This document shows positions 1 to 9,785 of a stretch of 64,000 nt of DNA, piece after piece. The stretch is from Bacteroidales bacterium. GTDB taxonomy: Bacteria; Bacteroidota; Bacteroidia; Bacteroidales; UBA932. Made by a program: the position numbers and the translations under genes. The stretch's first letter is position 1, and every line of letters begins with the position of its first letter. The notes under the pieces were generated by a model, which was given only the letters and a program-made list of their open reading frames with translations, was not told the DNA's origin and ran no database searches. The stretch lies in contig JAFQHE010000007.1 of assembly GCA_017398125.1 (NCBI GenBank), positions 13,186-77,185 of the forward strand, read 5' to 3'.

Positions 1-77
1 GGAGGATACTCCATTCTATGAGGATATTGAGAATGTTGAAAATTACTTAAGAAACTATATAGTCAAGTATTAAGGAT

Positions 78-806
78 ATGAAATATGCACTAGTAACAGG
101 CGGATCAAGAGGCTTGGGAAGAGCTGTCTGCCTCCAACTGGCAGCCGAAGGTGTTCCAGTAATCATAAATTATCAGTCAAACAGGAGTGCGGCGGAAGAG
201 GTGCTTGCACAGATTACAGAGAGGGGTGGTAAGGCTGAGTTGTTGCAGTTTGATGTGGCTGACATCAATTCGGTAGACAGTGCCCTTGTGGATTGGGAGA
301 GCAAACATCCTGATGATTATATTGCAATTTTGGTGAACAATGCCGGAATCAGAGAGGATAATCTGATGATTTTCATGCAGAACGAGCAGTGGGATAGAGT
401 CATTAATGTTACAGTAAACGGCTTTTTCTATGTTACAAGAAGGTTGCTTAAGAGCATGATGACTAAGAGATTCGGAAGAATTATCAATATGGCGTCGCTG
501 TCGGGATTGAAAGGTATGCCCGGACAGACAAACTACTCTGCGGCAAAGGCTGCGCTTATTGGTGCAACAAAGGCTTTGGCACAGGAGGTCGCTCCGAGAA
601 AAGTTACAGTAAACGCTGTTGCTCCAGGTTTTATTGAGACCGATATGACAAAGGATCTTGATATGGATTCCCTTAAGAAACTTGTTCCTGTGGGCAGATT
701 CGGAAAACCTGAAGAGGTGGCGGAGCTTGTATGTTTTCTTGCATCTGAAAAATCATCTTACATTACAGGTGAGGTGATCTCAATTAATGGTGGTTTGTAT
801 ACATAA
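78..806 (+). CDS. fabG: 3-oxoacyl-ACP reductase (classical SDR; cluster ketoreductase, FabG-like)
   Basis: 242-aa ORF with TGGSRGLG Rossmann motif, NNAG and YSAAK (YxxxK) catalytic motif. First gene of the co-directional block. Confidence 0.9.
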   Translation: MKYALVTGGSRGLGRAVCLQLAAEGVPVIINYQSNRSAAEEVLAQITERGGKAELLQFDVADINSVDSALVDWESKHPDDYIAILVNNAGIREDNLMIFMQNEQWDRVINVTVNGFFYVTRRLLKSMMTKRFGRIINMASLSGLKGMPGQTNYSAAKAALIGATKALAQEVAPRKVTVNAVAPGFIETDMTKDLDMDSLKKLVPVGRFGKPEEVAELVCFLASEKSSYITGEVISINGGLYT

Positions 807-813
807 TCTTCTT

Positions 814-2037
814 ATGGGTAGACGCGTAGTTATAACAGGTATGGGAATTTGGTCCTGTCTTGGAACTGATGTAGAGCAAGTCAAGGACTCTTTGTATAAC
901 GGAAAGTCAGGTATCGGACTTCAGAAAGAGAGACTTGACTATGGTTACAGGTCCGGTTTGACAGGTGTTGTGGAGAGACCAAAACTTAAAGGATTGATTG
1001 ATAGGCATATCAGGTCTGGAATGTCTGAAGAGTCGGAGTATGCGTACATGGCCAGCCGACAGGCATTTGAGCAGGCTGGAATTGATGAAGCATTTTTGTC
1101 GGAGAAGGAGGTAGGGTTGATTTTTGGAAATGATTCTTCGGCACAGGCTGTCATAGAGTCTGCCAAAGTGATGGAGGAGAAGAGGGACTCTGCTCTTATT
1201 GGATATGGCGCCGTATTCAAATCAATGAACTCTACCGTAAATATGAATTTGAGTACCATCTTCAAGACCAAGGGGGTAAATTTTACAGTCAGTGCAGCTT
1301 GTGCAAGCGGATCACACTCTATAGGTCTGGCATACCTCTTCATCAAACAGGGAATGCAGGATGTGGTTCTGTGTGGTGGAGCTCAGGAGACCAATTACTA
1401 TTCAATGGCAACTTTTGATGCATTGTCGGCATTCTCTGTGAGAATGGATGAGCCGGCCAAGGCTTCAAGGCCTTTTGACGCTTCAAGAGATGGACTTATT
1501 CCAAGTGGAGGTGCTGCGGCTCTGGTTCTTGAGGATTATGACCATGCTGTGGCAAGAGGGGCAAATATTCTTGCTGAGGTTGTGGGATATGGTTTTTCAT
1601 CCAATGGAGGAGGCATATCACAGCCGAGTGACGAAGGCTCTTTTGTTGCAATGTCAAGAGCTATCGCAGATGCCGGCATTACAGCAGATGATATAGATTA
1701 TGTAAATGCGCATGCCACCTCCACCAAACAGGGTGATATGTTTGAAGCTATTGCTTTGGATCGTCTTTTCAATGGAAAGAAGGCGTTGATAAGCTCCACA
1801 AAATCAATGACCGGTCATGAGTGCTGGATGGCTGGTGCCAGTGAGATAGTCTATTCCTTGATTATGATGCACAACAGTTTTGTTGCGCCAAACATAAATT
1901 TTGAAGCACCTGATGAGTTTTCAAAGAATCTTAATCTGGCTACAAAAACTATTGATAAAGAGATAGATATTGTGCTTTCAAACTCTTTTGGATTTGGAGG
2001 AACAAACAGTGCTTTAGTTATTAGAAAATTTAAATGA
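814..2037 (+). CDS. beta-ketoacyl-ACP synthase (KAS I/II type, elongating)
   Basis: ORF 787-2037; the ATG at 814 (MGRRVVITGMG) lies 8 nt after the fabG stop. Active-site Cys in SAACASGSH, His in NAHATST and TGHECW, C-terminal NSFGFGGTN. Confidence 0.9.
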   Translation: MGRRVVITGMGIWSCLGTDVEQVKDSLYNGKSGIGLQKERLDYGYRSGLTGVVERPKLKGLIDRHIRSGMSEESEYAYMASRQAFEQAGIDEAFLSEKEVGLIFGNDSSAQAVIESAKVMEEKRDSALIGYGAVFKSMNSTVNMNLSTIFKTKGVNFTVSAACASGSHSIGLAYLFIKQGMQDVVLCGGAQETNYYSMATFDALSAFSVRMDEPAKASRPFDASRDGLIPSGGAAALVLEDYDHAVARGANILAEVVGYGFSSNGGGISQPSDEGSFVAMSRAIADAGITADDIDYVNAHATSTKQGDMFEAIALDRLFNGKKALISSTKSMTGHECWMAGASEIVYSLIMMHNSFVAPNINFEAPDEFSKNLNLATKTIDKEIDIVLSNSFGFGGTNSALVIRKFK

Positions 2038-2043
2038 TACATT

Positions 2044-3405
2044 ATGAAATCTAAGGTTTTAGCTATTCTGTTTGCACTATTGTTGGTTAGTGTTTCATCT
2101 TTTGCCGGTAATATTACAGTGATTTCCGGTGATTTGTCTGTAGTAAGCAACCGTTCGATAACTGCAAAAGTGGTCTTTGATTATACAGATCTTATTCTTG
2201 AAGGCAAGCCCTATATGGAGCATCTGCAGTCAAAAGGTCATGATTTTGTAAGGGATTGGCCTATGGAGTCTGTGGCAAGTGAGACATACTTTATCAAGTG
2301 CTGGAATAAGGACAATAAGGATGGTATGCAGATTTCTTCAACTGAGAATAATGGATACATGATGTATTTTCATGTCAAAAAGATGCACATGGGAAGTGGT
2401 GCCGCCTCAATGCTTGTAGGTTTTGGAGCTGGAGGAGCGAGTATGTCGGGAGTAATGTACATTTTCAAAGATATGAATCCTATACCGGTTCTGACTGTTG
2501 AAATAAATGACCAGACAGGTCGTAGCGGTATGACTGAACTTGTAAGAAGAACCGATCTTTATGGCGAGTTGGCAGAGGATCTTGTGAAGTCAATAATGAA
2601 GACAAACAAATCCAAGGTGAGACCGTCAACCACACCTGTTCAGGTGCCGGCCTTTAATATGGCATCATCTGAAGCTCCGGTACAGACCGTTGCCCCTGTT
2701 GCATCGGCCTCCGCTGCATCAGCTTCGGTTCAACAAAATGGAGCGCAGGAAGTTCCAGTACAACAGACTGTTTACCCTGCTGAGGCACCTGCAGCAAATA
2801 CAACTGTTCAAGCAGTACAGGTTCCACAGAATAGCCAGACATTTGAGACTTTTGAGCAGGCCAAAGGCGTTCCGGCCACACTTATAAATGCAGAATCGCA
2901 TTTGGAATTGGGCAGAAAAGGTGATGCCGGTAATGTTGATGAACTTGCGGGGGAGAAACGCATCAGCCTTTATATTGATTACAGGGATGCAATCTTTGAC
3001 AACAAGGGGCTTGAAGACTTTATTGAATATATGGAGTCAGCCGCAGATGACAGGGATCGTGATCCCAATTTCAGAAACAATTGGGAAAGCAAGCATAAAA
3101 ATACTTTGGCACTTGCATTTATTGAGGAGGCAAACGGCAAGTTGTCAAACAAAGACCTTTATGTTACTCTGACAACAAAACAGGGCTGCAAATATTCTGT
3201 GAAAGTGGTAGTTGCCAAATTTGATGACGACGGCAATAATGTATGCGACTGTCTTGTTGTGAGAACTGAGACCGGTGATGTTATTGCGCATTACCGTCTT
3301 GAGGCGAAAGGTGGCAAATTCGGTGAGTATATAGGACTTTTGGAGCAGGGACTTGCCTCTGCAGGAGAAGCCTTCGGAGAATGGTTGGCAGATGAATTGG
3401 ACTAA
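2044..3405 (+). CDS. uncharacterised secreted protein, two related domains joined by a P/A/Q/V-rich linker
   Basis: 453-aa ORF with N-terminal signal peptide (MKSKVLAILFALLLVSVSSFA). The N-terminal (about res 22-190) and C-terminal (about res 290-453) halves share motifs (VVFDYTDLILEGK vs LYIDYRDAIFDNK). No catalytic motif recognised. Confidence 0.6.
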   Translation: MKSKVLAILFALLLVSVSSFAGNITVISGDLSVVSNRSITAKVVFDYTDLILEGKPYMEHLQSKGHDFVRDWPMESVASETYFIKCWNKDNKDGMQISSTENNGYMMYFHVKKMHMGSGAASMLVGFGAGGASMSGVMYIFKDMNPIPVLTVEINDQTGRSGMTELVRRTDLYGELAEDLVKSIMKTNKSKVRPSTTPVQVPAFNMASSEAPVQTVAPVASASAASASVQQNGAQEVPVQQTVYPAEAPAANTTVQAVQVPQNSQTFETFEQAKGVPATLINAESHLELGRKGDAGNVDELAGEKRISLYIDYRDAIFDNKGLEDFIEYMESAADDRDRDPNFRNNWESKHKNTLALAFIEEANGKLSNKDLYVTLTTKQGCKYSVKVVVAKFDDDGNNVCDCLVVRTETGDVIAHYRLEAKGGKFGEYIGLLEQGLASAGEAFGEWLADELD

Positions 3406-3417
3406 ACTTTAAACTAT

Positions 3418-4512
3418 ATGAAACTATTTCCAGCATTAAACGAAAAATATACTAAGGAGCAGTGTTCTGCCAAAGAGGCACAAAGGCTTGCCCAGTTCAT
3501 AGCTTTTGGCCCTGTGATTTTCCAGGCATCAAGACTGATGGTGAAATTTGGAATATTGCAGATGTTGAGGGAGAGCGACAATGGACTGACTGAGAATGAG
3601 ATTGTATCAAAAACAGGGTTGTCCCGGTATGCCGTGAAGTGTCTGTTGGAGGCCTCTTTGAGTATAGGTACTGTAATTATTGACCCGCTGACCGACAAAT
3701 ACAGCATTACAAAGACCGGTTGGTTTCTTCTTACTGATCCGTCGGTGAAGGTAAACCTTGATTTTAACCATGATGTCAATTATATAGGATGGTTCCACCT
3801 TGAGGAGTCGCTTGTAAATGGCAAACCTGAGGGTTTGAACCATTTCGGTGATTGGCCTACCATATATGAGGGACTCTCTTCCCTCCCTGCGGATGTGCAA
3901 AAAAGCTGGTTTGGATTTGACCATTTCTATTCTGACAACTCTTTCAGACAGGCTTTGGAAATAGTCTTCAGCTATAATGTGAAGGAGCTTATTGATGTAG
4001 GCGGAAATACGGGAAGATGGGCATTGCAGTGTGTCGGTTACAACAAGGATGTGAATGTTACAATACTTGATTTGCCTCAACAGCTGGCAATGATGAAGGA
4101 GCAGACAGCATCGCAGCCCGGAGCAGAGAGAATTTCGGGATTTCCAATCAATCTCCTTGATGACAGCCAAAAATTCCCGAAGGAGCGCATGTATGATGCC
4201 ATTTGGATGAGCCAGTTCCTTGATTGTTTTGGCGAAGATGAGATTGTAAGCATTTTGAGTAGGGCGAAGGAGGCGATGAATCCAAACACAAAACTCTTCA
4301 TTATGGAGACATTATGGGACAGACAGAAATTTGAAACAAGTGCGCTTTGCCTTACATTGACCAGCCTCTATTTTACAGCCCTTGCAAATGGAAACAGCAA
4401 AATGTACAATTCTGAGGATATGGAGCGGCTTGTTGTAAAGGCCGGATTGAAGGTTGAAAATATACATGATAATTTGGGCTGGGGACACAGCATTATGGTT
4501 TGTTCATTATAG
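3418..4512 (+). CDS. class I SAM-dependent O-methyltransferase
   Basis: 364-aa ORF with SAM motif I LIDVGGNTGRWA. The N-terminal region resembles the dimerisation/winged-helix part of family-2 O-methyltransferases. Confidence 0.8.
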   Translation: MKLFPALNEKYTKEQCSAKEAQRLAQFIAFGPVIFQASRLMVKFGILQMLRESDNGLTENEIVSKTGLSRYAVKCLLEASLSIGTVIIDPLTDKYSITKTGWFLLTDPSVKVNLDFNHDVNYIGWFHLEESLVNGKPEGLNHFGDWPTIYEGLSSLPADVQKSWFGFDHFYSDNSFRQALEIVFSYNVKELIDVGGNTGRWALQCVGYNKDVNVTILDLPQQLAMMKEQTASQPGAERISGFPINLLDDSQKFPKERMYDAIWMSQFLDCFGEDEIVSILSRAKEAMNPNTKLFIMETLWDRQKFETSALCLTLTSLYFTALANGNSKMYNSEDMERLVVKAGLKVENIHDNLGWGHSIMVCSL

Positions 4513-4539
4513 TAATCAATTAATACCTGTTTTTAAGTT

Positions 4540-4782
4540 ATGAAAAGAGAAGAGATTAAAGAGATTGTAGTTTCATTTTTGCTCGAGGATCTGGAGATTG
4601 ATGAAGAAAAGATCTTTGATGATTCCCTTCTGAAGGATGATATGGGAATTGATAGCCTTGATTTCCTTGATGTAGTTGTAATTGTGGAGAGAAACTTTGG
4701 ATTCAAGATTCTTCCTGAGGAGATGGCTAATGTTAAGACACTCAAGGAATTCATTGATTATATAGATAGAAAGATCAACTAA
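4540..4782 (+). CDS. acyl carrier protein
   Basis: 80-aa acidic ORF with phosphopantetheine-attachment motif DMGIDSLDFLDVV. Confidence 0.9.
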   Translation: MKREEIKEIVVSFLLEDLEIDEEKIFDDSLLKDDMGIDSLDFLDVVVIVERNFGFKILPEEMANVKTLKEFIDYIDRKIN

Positions 4783-4792
4783 TTTTGCTGTT

Positions 4793-5680
4793 GTGGATAT
4801 AGAAAAGGAGAAAGACTGGTCAGGCAAGACCGACGGCATGCCGTGGATGCAGAGGAGTCTGATTTTTATGTTCAAATATATAAATATCAGAATTCTCTAC
4901 GCAGTTATGGCCGTTGTGGTGATGTTCTATATGGTATTTAACCATAAAGGATATATTGCCATGTACCGTTTCTTCAGGAAAAGGTTCTGTTTTTCCCCTG
5001 TAAAGGCCTTTTTCAATGTCTACATGAACCACTATAAGTTCGGACAGATAATTCTTGACAGATTTGCCTTTTATGCCGGCAAGAGGTTTGATATGACCAC
5101 TGTAGGAAATGACAATTTCTCCAACCTTATGAAAGGTGAAGATGGTTTCATAATGTTGAGCTCGCATGTTGGCAACTATGAGTTGTGCGGCTATCACTTG
5201 AAAGCAGATACAAAAAAGATATATGCTCTTGTTTTTGCCGGTGAAACTGAGACTGTCATGAAGAACAGGTCAAAGATGTTCGAAGGTCACAATATAAACA
5301 TGATTCCTGTGATGAGTGACATGTCGCATCTTTTTGCTGTCAACAACGCTCTAAGTGACGGCAATGTCGTAAGTATGCCGGGTGACAGGGTTTTTGGCTC
5401 GCAGAAATCAATTTCATGCAAATTCTTTGGAGAGAGTGCAAAATTCCCGTATGGCCCCTTTGCAACAGCGGTACAGAGGGAGTTGCCAATGTTACCAGTC
5501 TTTGTAATGAAGGAGAGTTGCAAAAGCTACAGGATATATGTCCATAAGATAGATTACCCTCAAGAGGGAAAAAGAGCGGAGAAAGCGGCCTTTATGGCGC
5601 AGGAGTTTGCTTCCCTGCTTGAAACGACTTTGAAGTCCTATCCTACGCAGTGGTTCAACTATTATGATTTTTGGAGTTAG
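4793..5680 (+). CDS. LpxL/HtrB-family lysophospholipid (lauroyl-type) acyltransferase
   Basis: 295-aa ORF (GTG at 4793; alternative ATG at 4838). N-terminal TM helix and an SSHVGNYE (HX4E) motif typical of the lipid A-type acyltransferase family. Confidence 0.7.
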   Translation: MDIEKEKDWSGKTDGMPWMQRSLIFMFKYINIRILYAVMAVVVMFYMVFNHKGYIAMYRFFRKRFCFSPVKAFFNVYMNHYKFGQIILDRFAFYAGKRFDMTTVGNDNFSNLMKGEDGFIMLSSHVGNYELCGYHLKADTKKIYALVFAGETETVMKNRSKMFEGHNINMIPVMSDMSHLFAVNNALSDGNVVSMPGDRVFGSQKSISCKFFGESAKFPYGPFATAVQRELPMLPVFVMKESCKSYRIYVHKIDYPQEGKRAEKAAFMAQEFASLLETTLKSYPTQWFNYYDFWS

Positions 5681-5684
5681 TGTT

Positions 5685-6119
5685 ATGAATTTTGAGCAGA
5701 TAGACATACTTGAGCTTTTGCCACAGCGTCCTCCATTTGTTATGGTTGATACACTGCTGCATTATGATGATGTAAAGTGCGTTACCTCACTGCTTGTCAA
5801 GGAGGATAATATTTTTGTTGAGAATGGCCATCTTTCATCGTCAGGCCTGATAGAGAATATTGCCCAGACCTGCGCTGCAAGAATGGGATACATCAACCAT
5901 TTTTTGAACAAGGAAACAATAAAGCTCGGTTTTATTGGAGCAATAAAGAATTTGAAGATAGAATCTCTGCCAAAGGTCAATGATACAATCAGAACTTCAA
6001 TAGAGATTGTTGAAGAGGTATTCCAGATGACTCTGGTCAATGCTGTGATCGAGTTGGATAACAAGATAATTGTCAGTGCAGAGATGAAGATTGCATTGAG
6101 TGATATTGATTCAAAATAG
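5685..6119 (+). CDS. hotdog-fold 3-hydroxyacyl-ACP dehydratase (FabZ/ApeI-like)
   Basis: ORF 5664-6119; the ATG at 5685 follows the upstream stop (5680). LLPQRPPFVMVD motif typical of FabA/FabZ-like dehydratases. Confidence 0.75.
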   Translation: MNFEQIDILELLPQRPPFVMVDTLLHYDDVKCVTSLLVKEDNIFVENGHLSSSGLIENIAQTCAARMGYINHFLNKETIKLGFIGAIKNLKIESLPKVNDTIRTSIEIVEEVFQMTLVNAVIELDNKIIVSAEMKIALSDIDSK

Positions 6120-6126
6120 TGAATGT

Positions 6127-6555
6127 ATGTGCAAGGACAAGAAACTGATGGCCTCTGTTGAGTTCACTCCGCGTTTCAGCGAAGTGGATTCCATGAATTT
6201 TGTGTGGCATGGATCATACTCGCTCTATTTTGAAGATGCGCGTGAGGCTTTCGGCAAAAAATATGGAATAGGCTATCTTGATATATTTTCACAAGGCTAT
6301 TATGCTCCGCTCATTGATCTCAATTTTCAGTACAAGCGGCCGCTTGTCTATGGAATGCCTTGCAGAGTGGATATTTATTATAGGCCAACAGAGGCTGCAA
6401 AAATGATATTTGATTACGAGATATATAGTCTCAATGACAATACACTGTGCTCTACAGGACACTCTGTTCAGGTATTCATGAACAGAAATTACGAACTTAT
6501 GTGGATCAATCCTCCATTTTATGAGGAGTGGAAGAGAAAAATGGGATTGCTATGA
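6127..6555 (+). CDS. 4HBT/YbgC-type acyl-(ACP/CoA) thioesterase
   Basis: ORF 6100-6555; ATG at 6127 lies after the upstream stop. RFSEVDSMNFVWHGSYSLYFEDAREAF matches the 4-hydroxybenzoyl-CoA-thioesterase hotdog signature. Confidence 0.75.
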   Translation: MCKDKKLMASVEFTPRFSEVDSMNFVWHGSYSLYFEDAREAFGKKYGIGYLDIFSQGYYAPLIDLNFQYKRPLVYGMPCRVDIYYRPTEAAKMIFDYEIYSLNDNTLCSTGHSVQVFMNRNYELMWINPPFYEEWKRKMGLL

Positions 6556-7697
6556 TTGTAAAGGTAGCCGACAATATATTTTCACCGATTGGGTATACTA
6601 CATCTGAAAATTTCAGGAGGGTGAAGGAGGGACATTCTGCTTTGGCCCTGCATGAGGGGTTGTGGGATATTCCTGAACCCTTTATGGCCTCCCTTTTTCC
6701 CGACAGAAGTGAGATTGATCTCAAATTCAGTGGAATATGTGCTGGCAGAAGAGAAGATTATACCTTCTTTGAAAAAATATCAATATTGTCGGCGTATGAT
6801 GCAATTTCACGCACTGACATTGATCCCTCTTCAGACAAGGTGTTGTTTATCCTCTCAACTACCAAGGGAAATGTAGATCTCCTCAATATTGACTTGAATA
6901 TTGTGGATGAAGTTCTCCCAAGCCATTCGGCAGAGCGCATTGCATCATTCTTTGGCAACAGCAACTCTCCAATAACCGTTTCAAATGCATGTACCTCGGG
7001 TGCGTGTGCCCAACTGACAGCTTACAGGATGTTGGAGGCTGGTCTCTATGACCATGCTGTTGTGGTTGGAGCCGATGTGCAGAGCAAGTTCATTGTTACT
7101 GGCTTCCAATCATTCAAGGCCCTTTCAAAGGAGAGGTGCAGGCCTTTTGATGCGCAGAGAGAGGGTTTGAATTTGGGTGAGGCTGCTGCCACAATAATAT
7201 TTTCAAGGAGGGAGAATCAGAGTGCAGGTGAGAAGGAGTGGGTACTGCAGAGAGGTGCAATCCACAATGATGCCAACCATATATCAGGCCCGTCGCGTAC
7301 AGGTGAGGGGTGTTACCTCTGCCTGAAAGATATTCTCAATGTGGCTGATATGGATAATATAGCCCTGATCAATGCTCATGGAACGGCAACTCCATACAAT
7401 GACGAGATGGAGTCTATTGCAATAGACAGGGCCGGTCTGTCCCATGTGCCGGTAAATGGTTACAAGGGCATATATGGCCATACAATGGGTGCAGCTGGTG
7501 TTCTGGAGACAATAATATCACAGAAATCTATAGAGGAGAATCTGCTTCTTTCTACAGCCGGCTTCGGCGAGAGAGGAGTAAGTAGAGATATAAATATAGT
7601 TAAGGGAAATTCTGTTACTCAGAAGAGCTCTTTTATCAAGATGCTGTCGGGATTTGGCGGATGTAATGTTGCACTGCTTTTTAAAATGGGGGAGTGA
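6552..7697 (+). CDS. beta-ketoacyl-ACP synthase
   Basis: ORF 6528-7697; the ATG at 6552 overlaps the upstream TGA (ATGA). Cys in VSNACTSGA, His in NAHGTATP and YGHTMGAAG. Confidence 0.9.
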   Translation: MIVKVADNIFSPIGYTTSENFRRVKEGHSALALHEGLWDIPEPFMASLFPDRSEIDLKFSGICAGRREDYTFFEKISILSAYDAISRTDIDPSSDKVLFILSTTKGNVDLLNIDLNIVDEVLPSHSAERIASFFGNSNSPITVSNACTSGACAQLTAYRMLEAGLYDHAVVVGADVQSKFIVTGFQSFKALSKERCRPFDAQREGLNLGEAAATIIFSRRENQSAGEKEWVLQRGAIHNDANHISGPSRTGEGCYLCLKDILNVADMDNIALINAHGTATPYNDEMESIAIDRAGLSHVPVNGYKGIYGHTMGAAGVLETIISQKSIEENLLLSTAGFGERGVSRDINIVKGNSVTQKSSFIKMLSGFGGCNVALLFKMGE

Positions 7698-7698
7698 T

Positions 7699-8295
7699 AT
7701 GGAGAATAAGTATATAACAGTATCGCCTGATAAAGTGGTTGTCAGCGGAGTTGCTTTGGAGCATAGGGCAACAGGCAAGCAGCTTTTGTCCGACATCTAC
7801 AGGGAGAAAATCGGCAACTATCCCAAGTTCTTCAAGATGGATCTGCTGTGCAAGTTGGGATTTGTTGCCAGTGAACTTCTTATAAAGGAACTTGATGGAG
7901 TTGACCTTTCCGCTGCTTCCATAGTGATTTTCAACAGAAGCAGTTCATACCATAATGACTGGATGTACCAGCAGACCATAAAGGATAATGATAATTTTTT
8001 CCCGAGTCCGTCAATATTTGTATATACGCTTCCAAATATTGTGACCGGAGAGATTGCAATCAGAAACAGAATATATGGGGAGACATCATTCTATCTGTTG
8101 GAGAATTTTGATCCTGAGCGGATTGCTATGGTGGTATCTGCGACAATGGCGGACAATGGAAACAATGGCGTAATTTGCGGTTGGCTTGACTGCTATAACG
8201 ATAATGATTTCAACGCCTGTCTGGCCTATTTTAGTGATGGAATGATAGGAAAGAAAACAATAGAAGAGACATTTGAAAAAATTAAAAATATTTAA
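7699..8295 (+). CDS. small KS-associated protein (chain-length-factor/ApeC-like partner, no catalytic triad)
   Basis: ORF 7654-8295; ATG at 7699 lies 2 nt after the KS stop. 198 aa with no ACxSG or His motifs. Its position directly after a KS matches KS:CLF-type pairs of aryl-polyene clusters. Confidence 0.55.
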   Translation: MENKYITVSPDKVVVSGVALEHRATGKQLLSDIYREKIGNYPKFFKMDLLCKLGFVASELLIKELDGVDLSAASIVIFNRSSSYHNDWMYQQTIKDNDNFFPSPSIFVYTLPNIVTGEIAIRNRIYGETSFYLLENFDPERIAMVVSATMADNGNNGVICGWLDCYNDNDFNACLAYFSDGMIGKKTIEETFEKIKNI

Positions 8296-8308
8296 ATTAC
8301 TTACAATT

Positions 8309-8566
8309 ATGGAACAACTGATTTTAAACCTTAAGAATGAAATTATTGAAGTATTGAACTTGGTGGATGTTACTCCTGAGGATATTGACAATGATGCTCC
8401 TCTTTTTGGTGAGGGTCTTGCTCTTGATTCAATTGATGCATTGGAACTTATCGTATTGATGGAGAAGAACTATGGTATCAAGTTGAAAGATCCTGCAGCA
8501 GGCAAGGAGATCTTCAAGTCAATTTCAGTAATGGCTGACTATATAGCAAAGAACAGAACGAAATAA
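8309..8566 (+). CDS. acyl carrier protein
   Basis: ORF 8273-8566; probable start MEQLILNL at 8309. LALDSIDALELI phosphopantetheine site. Confidence 0.9.
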   Translation: MEQLILNLKNEIIEVLNLVDVTPEDIDNDAPLFGEGLALDSIDALELIVLMEKNYGIKLKDPAAGKEIFKSISVMADYIAKNRTK

Positions 8567-8576
8567 TCGGATTATA

Positions 8577-9785
8577 ATGACAGAGCCAATTTTGATAACC
8601 GGAGCCGGAATTGTCTGCTCTATTGGCCTCAATAAAGAGGAGGTATGTACTTCGTTGGAAAGGCGTGCTACAGGAATTGAAGCACTGAAATACCTTAAGA
8701 CCCAGCATACGGAGTTCCCTGTGGGTGAGGTGAAATTGTCCAATGAGCAGATGTGTCAATGTTTGGGAATTCCCGACGGAGTTCCTACTACAAGGACATC
8801 CCTTATGGGAATGCTTGCTTTGAAAGAGGCTCTGGAAGAGTCCGGACTGATTGGAACAGACCTTGGTGATGTGGGATTCATCTCCGGCACAACAGTGGGC
8901 GGAATGGACAAGAGCGAACAGTATTATATTGATTTTTTGGAGAATGATTCAAAGAATGAATATATATCAACTCATGACTGTGGCGCATGTTCTGAGATGA
9001 TTGCAGACCATTTTGGAAGTTTCAGTTTTATCACAACACCATCAACAGCATGTTCATCTGCAGCCAATTCTGTTATTCTTGGTGCAAATATCATCAGGAA
9101 TGGGCTCGCAGATATTGTTGTTGTGGGAGGCAGTGAATGTATTACAAAGTTCCATCTGAATGGATTCAACTCTCTGATGATACTTGACCAGCAACCGTGC
9201 AGGCCATTTGATGCCTCAAGGGCAGGATTGAATCTTGGAGAGGGGGCTGCCTACATTGTATTGGAAAAGGCTTCGTCTGCAAGAAAGAGGGGCTGTAAAG
9301 TGCTTGCAGAGCTGTCGGGATATGGAAATGCCTGTGATGCATTTCACCAGACAGCATCCTCGCCTGAAGGAGAGGGTGCCTACAGGGCAATGAAAGAGGC
9401 ACTTGATATGGCTTGTAAAAAGCCTTCTGATGTCAACTACATCAATGCTCATGGTACCGGAACTCCAAATAACGATATAAGTGAGAGTCAGGCGATGATA
9501 AGGCTTTTCGGCGAGGATCTTCCACCTGTGTCATCTACCAAATCCTTCACCGGGCACACTACCAGTGCATCGGGAACAATTGAGCTTGCAATGTGCCTTA
9601 TAGCAATGCAGAAGAGTTTTCTTCCCGTAAATTTGAACTGGGAGAGTAAGCAGGAAAATGTTGTGGAACCTGTTACCGAAGGTGATTACAGGATGCCTCT
9701 TGACAATATTTTATGCAACTCATTTGGCTTTGGAGGCAATGACTCCTCTTTGCTTATTTCTAAATGGACAGAAGAGAATGAATAA
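8577..9785 (+). CDS. beta-ketoacyl-ACP synthase II-like (FabF-like)
   Basis: 402-aa ORF with Cys in PSTACSSAANS, His in NAHGTGTPNND and TGHTTSASG, C-terminal NSFGFGGN. Confidence 0.9.
   Translation: MTEPILITGAGIVCSIGLNKEEVCTSLERRATGIEALKYLKTQHTEFPVGEVKLSNEQMCQCLGIPDGVPTTRTSLMGMLALKEALEESGLIGTDLGDVGFISGTTVGGMDKSEQYYIDFLENDSKNEYISTHDCGACSEMIADHFGSFSFITTPSTACSSAANSVILGANIIRNGLADIVVVGGSECITKFHLNGFNSLMILDQQPCRPFDASRAGLNLGEGAAYIVLEKASSARKRGCKVLAELSGYGNACDAFHQTASSPEGEGAYRAMKEALDMACKKPSDVNYINAHGTGTPNNDISESQAMIRLFGEDLPPVSSTKSFTGHTTSASGTIELAMCLIAMQKSFLPVNLNWESKQENVVEPVTEGDYRMPLDNILCNSFGFGGNDSSLLISKWTEENE

Noticed and set aside
1-77. Possible 3' end of an upstream gene at the window edge
   Set aside because: I found no stop-free frame leading into the TAA at 70-72 (frame 1 is interrupted by TGA at 19-21, and there are other in-frame stops elsewhere). 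No partial CDS can be supported.
787-813. Longer N-terminal extensions offered by the ORF track (for example 787, 6528, 7654, 9658, 11727, 14009, 19656, 50597, 57384)
   Set aside because: Each extension overlaps the preceding gene substantially. In each case an internal ATG sits right at or after the upstream stop and yields the canonical family N-terminus or a signal peptide, so the shorter models were used.
2620-2880. Possible nucleotide tandem repeat in the linker of the 453-aa secreted protein
   Set aside because: The region is compositionally biased (Pro/Ala/Gln/Val/Ser codons), but I could not find exact or near-exact DNA repeat units. It is treated as a low-complexity protein linker.
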